A stretch of DNA of 38,183 nucleotides from Candidatus Zixiibacteriota bacterium (GTDB lineage Bacteria > Zixibacteria > MSB-5A5 > UBA10806 > 4484-95). Positions 34,875 through 38,183 of the stretch are shown piece after piece. The DNA lies in contig JAOZPT010000006.1 of NCBI GenBank assembly GCA_029932605.1, positions 1 through 38,183 on the forward strand, read 5' to 3'. Made by a program: the position numbers and the translations under genes. The notes under the pieces were generated by a model. That model ran no database searches and was not told the DNA's origin. It saw nothing but the letters and a program-made list of their open reading frames with translations. The first letter of the stretch is position 1. Each line of letters begins with the position of its first letter.

Positions 34875-35921
34875 TTATTTTGGGTTGTGATGGCCGGCAA
34901 GTTGTCCACAGGCTGCCGATATATCCACTCCTCTTGATTTCCTCAAGGTGATAGCCGGTGCTCGAGGATAGAGGTAGTCTCTGAAAGCTGATACTTTCTG
35001 CTCGTCCGGTCTTTGAAATTTCGAACCCTCAACGGGATTATATGTGATAAGGTTTATCTTGCAGGGTATTGCTCTGATGAAATTAGCTAAGGCTCTGGCA
35101 TCGTCAAGAGAGTCATTGATATTTTTTATAAGTAGATATTCGAAAGAAACTCGATTTCCGGATTTTTCCGCATAGTATTTAGCTGATTCTTTAAGCTTCG
35201 CTAGTGGGAATTTTTTAGCAATCGGAATTAGTTTGTTGCGTATATCATCTATTGCCGAATGAAGGGATATCGCCAGTTTTAACCCGGGCAATTCATCAGC
35301 CAACCTGTAAATACCGTCGATTAAACCAACAGTTGAAACTGTAATCTTTTTCGCAGAAATAGAGGCACCCAATTCATTGGTCAAAGCTTCTATAGCTTTC
35401 ATAACGTTGTCATAATTTAAAAACGGTTCGCCCATACCCATAAATACGATGTTGGTTATCCTGGTCTGGCTGTCGAGGGTGGATTTGGTTAATAGATATT
35501 GGTCGTATATTTCCCCTGATGACAGATTCCTTCGAAACCCGTTTAAACCGGTGGCGCAGAAACTGCATCCTAACGGACAACCAGCTTGCGATGAAACACA
35601 TAATGTCAGCCTGTCGTTATCCGGGATTAGCACCGATTCTATGTAGTTGTTGTCATCAATTTCCCATACCGTTTTGATCGTGCCATCTACTGATTTAAAA
35701 TTGTTTAAAGCAACGATCCTTCCGATATAATATCGTTTTTGTAAAAGCTTTCTGAAGGATTTGCTCAAGTCGGTCATCGCTCCAAATTCAGATTCACCGT
35801 GTTTGAAAATCCATTTGTATAGCTGGCGACCGGTATATCTTTTTTTACCGAGCCCGTTGGCAAGTGAGATCATTTCATCAAGAGACATATTTTTCAGGTT
35901 GATTTTTAAGGTATTGTTCAT
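34875..35921 (-). CDS. rlmN: 23S rRNA m2A2503 / tRNA m2A37 methyltransferase RlmN
   Basis: TLCVSSQAGCPLGCSFCATG (CxxxCxxC), FMGMGEPF, LAISLH, FEYLLI, AACGQL. Confidence 0.97.
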   Translation of the reverse strand: MNNTLKINLKNMSLDEMISLANGLGKKRYTGRQLYKWIFKHGESEFGAMTDLSKSFRKLLQKRYYIGRIVALNNFKSVDGTIKTVWEIDDNNYIESVLIPDNDRLTLCVSSQAGCPLGCSFCATGLNGFRRNLSSGEIYDQYLLTKSTLDSQTRITNIVFMGMGEPFLNYDNVMKAIEALTNELGASISAKKITVSTVGLIDGIYRLADELPGLKLAISLHSAIDDIRNKLIPIAKKFPLAKLKESAKYYAEKSGNRVSFEYLLIKNINDSLDDARALANFIRAIPCKINLITYNPVEGSKFQRPDEQKVSAFRDYLYPRAPAITLRKSRGVDISAACGQLAGHHNPK

Positions 35922-36089
35922 GTTGAAACAATACAAATTAATCGATGAAAAATCAACTTCTTGTGTTGAAGCATGTTTCAGATTAGTGTCTACCTGTTAT
36001 GGTTAGTTCAGCTGTATTTGTAGCATAATATAGTATAATGTGGTTATAATTTGCTTGATTTGTTTAAGATGTTTTTTTAAGCTGGGATT

Positions 36090-36887
36090 ATGCGCGTAGC
36101 TTTCGTTCAGAATTCCCCGGAATTCGGTAAGGTAAAAGATAATATCGATAAGGTGTTATCGTTAATGGCGAGTAAACCGGCTGACCTTTATGTTCTGCCG
36201 GAGCTTTTTGCCACCGGTTATAATTTTGTGTCAGGGAGTGAATTAGCCAAGCTCTCTGAGGAATCCCGTAGTGGTTATACATATAAAATTATCTCAAATT
36301 TCGCCAGAATAAACAAAACAGCAGTTGTTTATGGCATTGCAGAGAAAACCTCTGATGGTATTTATAATTCATCTGTTTTCGTCGATTGTTATGGCAATTT
36401 TAAATTATACCGCAAACTCCATCTGTTTTATAACGAGAAGAGGTTCTTCAACCCAGGGAACCTTCCTCTGGAAGTGTTTGATTACCATGGCGCTAAATTG
36501 GGGATGATGGTTTGTTTTGACTGGATATTCCCTGAACATGCTCGCTGTCTTGCACTTATGGGAGCTGACATAATCTGCCATCCGGCAAACCTAGTAATGC
36601 CATATTGCCAGGATGCGATGGTTACTCGGTCCATCGAAAACCACATTTTTACTATTACCGCAAACAGGATAGGTAAGGAAAATCGTGGGGATTTAACATA
36701 TAATTTTACCGGCAAAAGCCAGGTTACAGATTGTTGGGGAAATGTTATTTATCGAGCAAGTGAGGATAAAGTGGAGGTTTACTGTGCCGATATTAAAATT
36801 AAAGATGCGCGAAAAAAATATTTAAATAACCTAAATAACCTTTGGGAGGATCGCCGAGTAAAGTTTTACGGGCGCTTGAGGGAATAA
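36090..36887 (+). CDS. nitrilase / carbon-nitrogen hydrolase family protein
   Basis: catalytic triad motifs VLPELF (Glu), YRKLHL (Lys), VCFDW (Cys); ANRIG. Confidence 0.95.
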   Translation: MRVAFVQNSPEFGKVKDNIDKVLSLMASKPADLYVLPELFATGYNFVSGSELAKLSEESRSGYTYKIISNFARINKTAVVYGIAEKTSDGIYNSSVFVDCYGNFKLYRKLHLFYNEKRFFNPGNLPLEVFDYHGAKLGMMVCFDWIFPEHARCLALMGADIICHPANLVMPYCQDAMVTRSIENHIFTITANRIGKENRGDLTYNFTGKSQVTDCWGNVIYRASEDKVEVYCADIKIKDARKKYLNNLNNLWEDRRVKFYGRLRE

Positions 36888-37271
36888 ATGACTTCACAAC
36901 ACAAAGTCATGGTGATAGATGATGAGCCGGAGATAACAGATATTATCAAGGCTTTTTTAACCAATGCTGGTTACATAGTAGAGGTTGAGAACTCTTCTAT
37001 GACGGCATTGGAAAAGGCAAAAAAATTTAAACCAGACATCATTCTTCTTGATATCATGATGCCTTTTATGGATGGTTATGATGTTTGTTCACAACTTAAA
37101 AAAGACCCTCAAATCTCTCATGTACCAGTATTGTTTTTAACAGGTAAAGATGCTAAAGACGATGGTGGGATGTCTTTTAAATCTGGTGGTGACCTTTTTA
37201 TAAAAAAGCCATTTTCTTGTGAAAGACTTCTGAATATGGTGAAAATGGTCTTAATCTCGGTTAACAAGTAA
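36888..37271 (+). CDS. single-domain response regulator (receiver)
   Basis: VMVIDDE, ILLDIMMPFMDG, FLTG, FIKKPF. Confidence 0.93.
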   Translation: MTSQHKVMVIDDEPEITDIIKAFLTNAGYIVEVENSSMTALEKAKKFKPDIILLDIMMPFMDGYDVCSQLKKDPQISHVPVLFLTGKDAKDDGGMSFKSGGDLFIKKPFSCERLLNMVKMVLISVNK

Positions 37272-37406
37272 ATTTCTATACAATATATTAACTTTCATTG
37301 CTAAAGTTTTTAATATGTTGTTATAAGTTTAGATAGACTTATCGATTTCCTCAGTCCTGTATTTTTACTATTGACCGATATGTATTGAATGAATTATAAT
37401 AATGCT

Positions 37407-38132
37407 ATGAAGAAAATCACAGTTGTTTTAATCATATTATTATTAACTTCCATTGCTTGGTCGCAAAATCTGCCGCGTTATCGAGGTTATGTAAATGATT
37501 ATGCCGGAATGATAGACAGCCGTTCTGCTGCTCAGATTGAAGCAGTTATTTCCTCGATCGAAAAAAGCACCGGTGTTGAGATCGCCGTTGTAACGATAAA
37601 AAGCCTTGAGGGTCGCCCTATCGAGGAGGAGGCTTTACGTTACCTTGAGGGATGGGGTGTTGGTAAAAAAGGTACGGATAATGGGGTGGTGATTCTTGTT
37701 GACCAGCAAGGTAGGAAAGTAAGAATCGAGGTCGGTTATGGTCTTGAGGGAGTTTTACCTGATGGCCTTGCGGGCGAGATTATACGTTACGAGATAATTC
37801 CTCGTTTCAAACAGGGTGATTATGGAGGTGGTCTTCTGGCCGCAATTTATAAAATCGGGAAAATAGTTGGTGGTGAAACGGTTACTTATCCTGAAACCAA
37901 TCGGAAAAGATCGAATATCGGGGGCTTAATATATTTATTGGTAATAGTCTTTATTATAATTTCAGGATTTAGTGGTAGAAGGCGCGGTAGCCGTTTAGGA
38001 TTATTGTTTTTCCTGACAGGGTTTGGCCTTGGCAGAAGCGGTGGTTGGGGTAGTTCAAGTGGGGGATTCGGTGGCTTTGGAGGATTCGGTGGTGGAACAG
38101 GTGGTGGGGGAGGTGCTACCGGGGGATGGTAA
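37407..38132 (+). CDS. TPM-domain (YgcG-like) membrane protein
   Basis: signal peptide, YVNDYAG, EIAVVT, WGVGKKG.DNGV, RIEVGYGLEG.LPD, transmembrane helix, Gly-rich tail ending GGGATGGW; alternative start 37389. Confidence 0.93.
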   Translation: MKKITVVLIILLLTSIAWSQNLPRYRGYVNDYAGMIDSRSAAQIEAVISSIEKSTGVEIAVVTIKSLEGRPIEEEALRYLEGWGVGKKGTDNGVVILVDQQGRKVRIEVGYGLEGVLPDGLAGEIIRYEIIPRFKQGDYGGGLLAAIYKIGKIVGGETVTYPETNRKRSNIGGLIYLLVIVFIIISGFSGRRRGSRLGLLFFLTGFGLGRSGGWGSSSGGFGGFGGFGGGTGGGGGATGGW

Positions 38133-38183
38133 AAAAAGCTATATTTTTTTGCAACTATTATTGTGCAATGCACTATAATGAAT

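Noticed and set aside
38030..38132. GGT/GGC-rich low-complexity tract
   Set aside because: It encodes the normal Gly-rich tail of TPM/YgcG proteins; not a repeat element
1..38183. CRISPR arrays, tRNA/rRNA genes, transposases, integrases or phage genes
   Set aside because: None recognised; intergenic gaps are short (at most about 300 bp) and show no repeat-spacer or cloverleaf pattern

Overview
AT-rich bacterial chromosomal window, almost all on the + strand and dominated by a flagellar locus. In order: (1) 1-4207, a signalling block with a 5'-truncated GAF histidine kinase whose ATP-binding domain is degenerate, three stand-alone receiver proteins, a small protein resembling the isolated hairpin tip of a chemoreceptor, and FapA/DUF342; (2) 4430-13844, flgF-flgG-flgA-flgH-flgI-flgJ(SLT)-flgN-flgK-csrA-flgL-fliW behind a sigma54-type promoter; (3) 13980-22831, a putative flagellin-glycosylation island (two TPR-glycosyltransferases, ArnA/UXS-like SDR, DegT/ArnB-like aminotransferase, degenerate formyltransferase, hexapeptide acyltransferase, two unknown ORFs); (4) 23036-30422, fliC (sigma28-type promoter, GGA-rich leader), fliD, fliS, an unknown ORF, flgM, an HDOD protein and a C4 zinc-finger protein; (5) two secreted proteins (Ig/FG-GAP/dockerin-like; M28-like/FN3/C-terminal sorting domain), rlmN, a nitrilase-family hydrolase, a receiver protein and a TPM-domain protein. 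The secreted-protein architectures suggest an FCB-group organism such as candidate Zixibacteria (inference only). No RNA genes, CRISPR array or mobile elements were seen. The best candidates for undescribed biology are the pseudokinase/mini-MCP-tip/receiver operon and a split Arn-like amino-sugar pathway placed next to flagellin. All assignments come from motif recognition by eye; no database searches were run.
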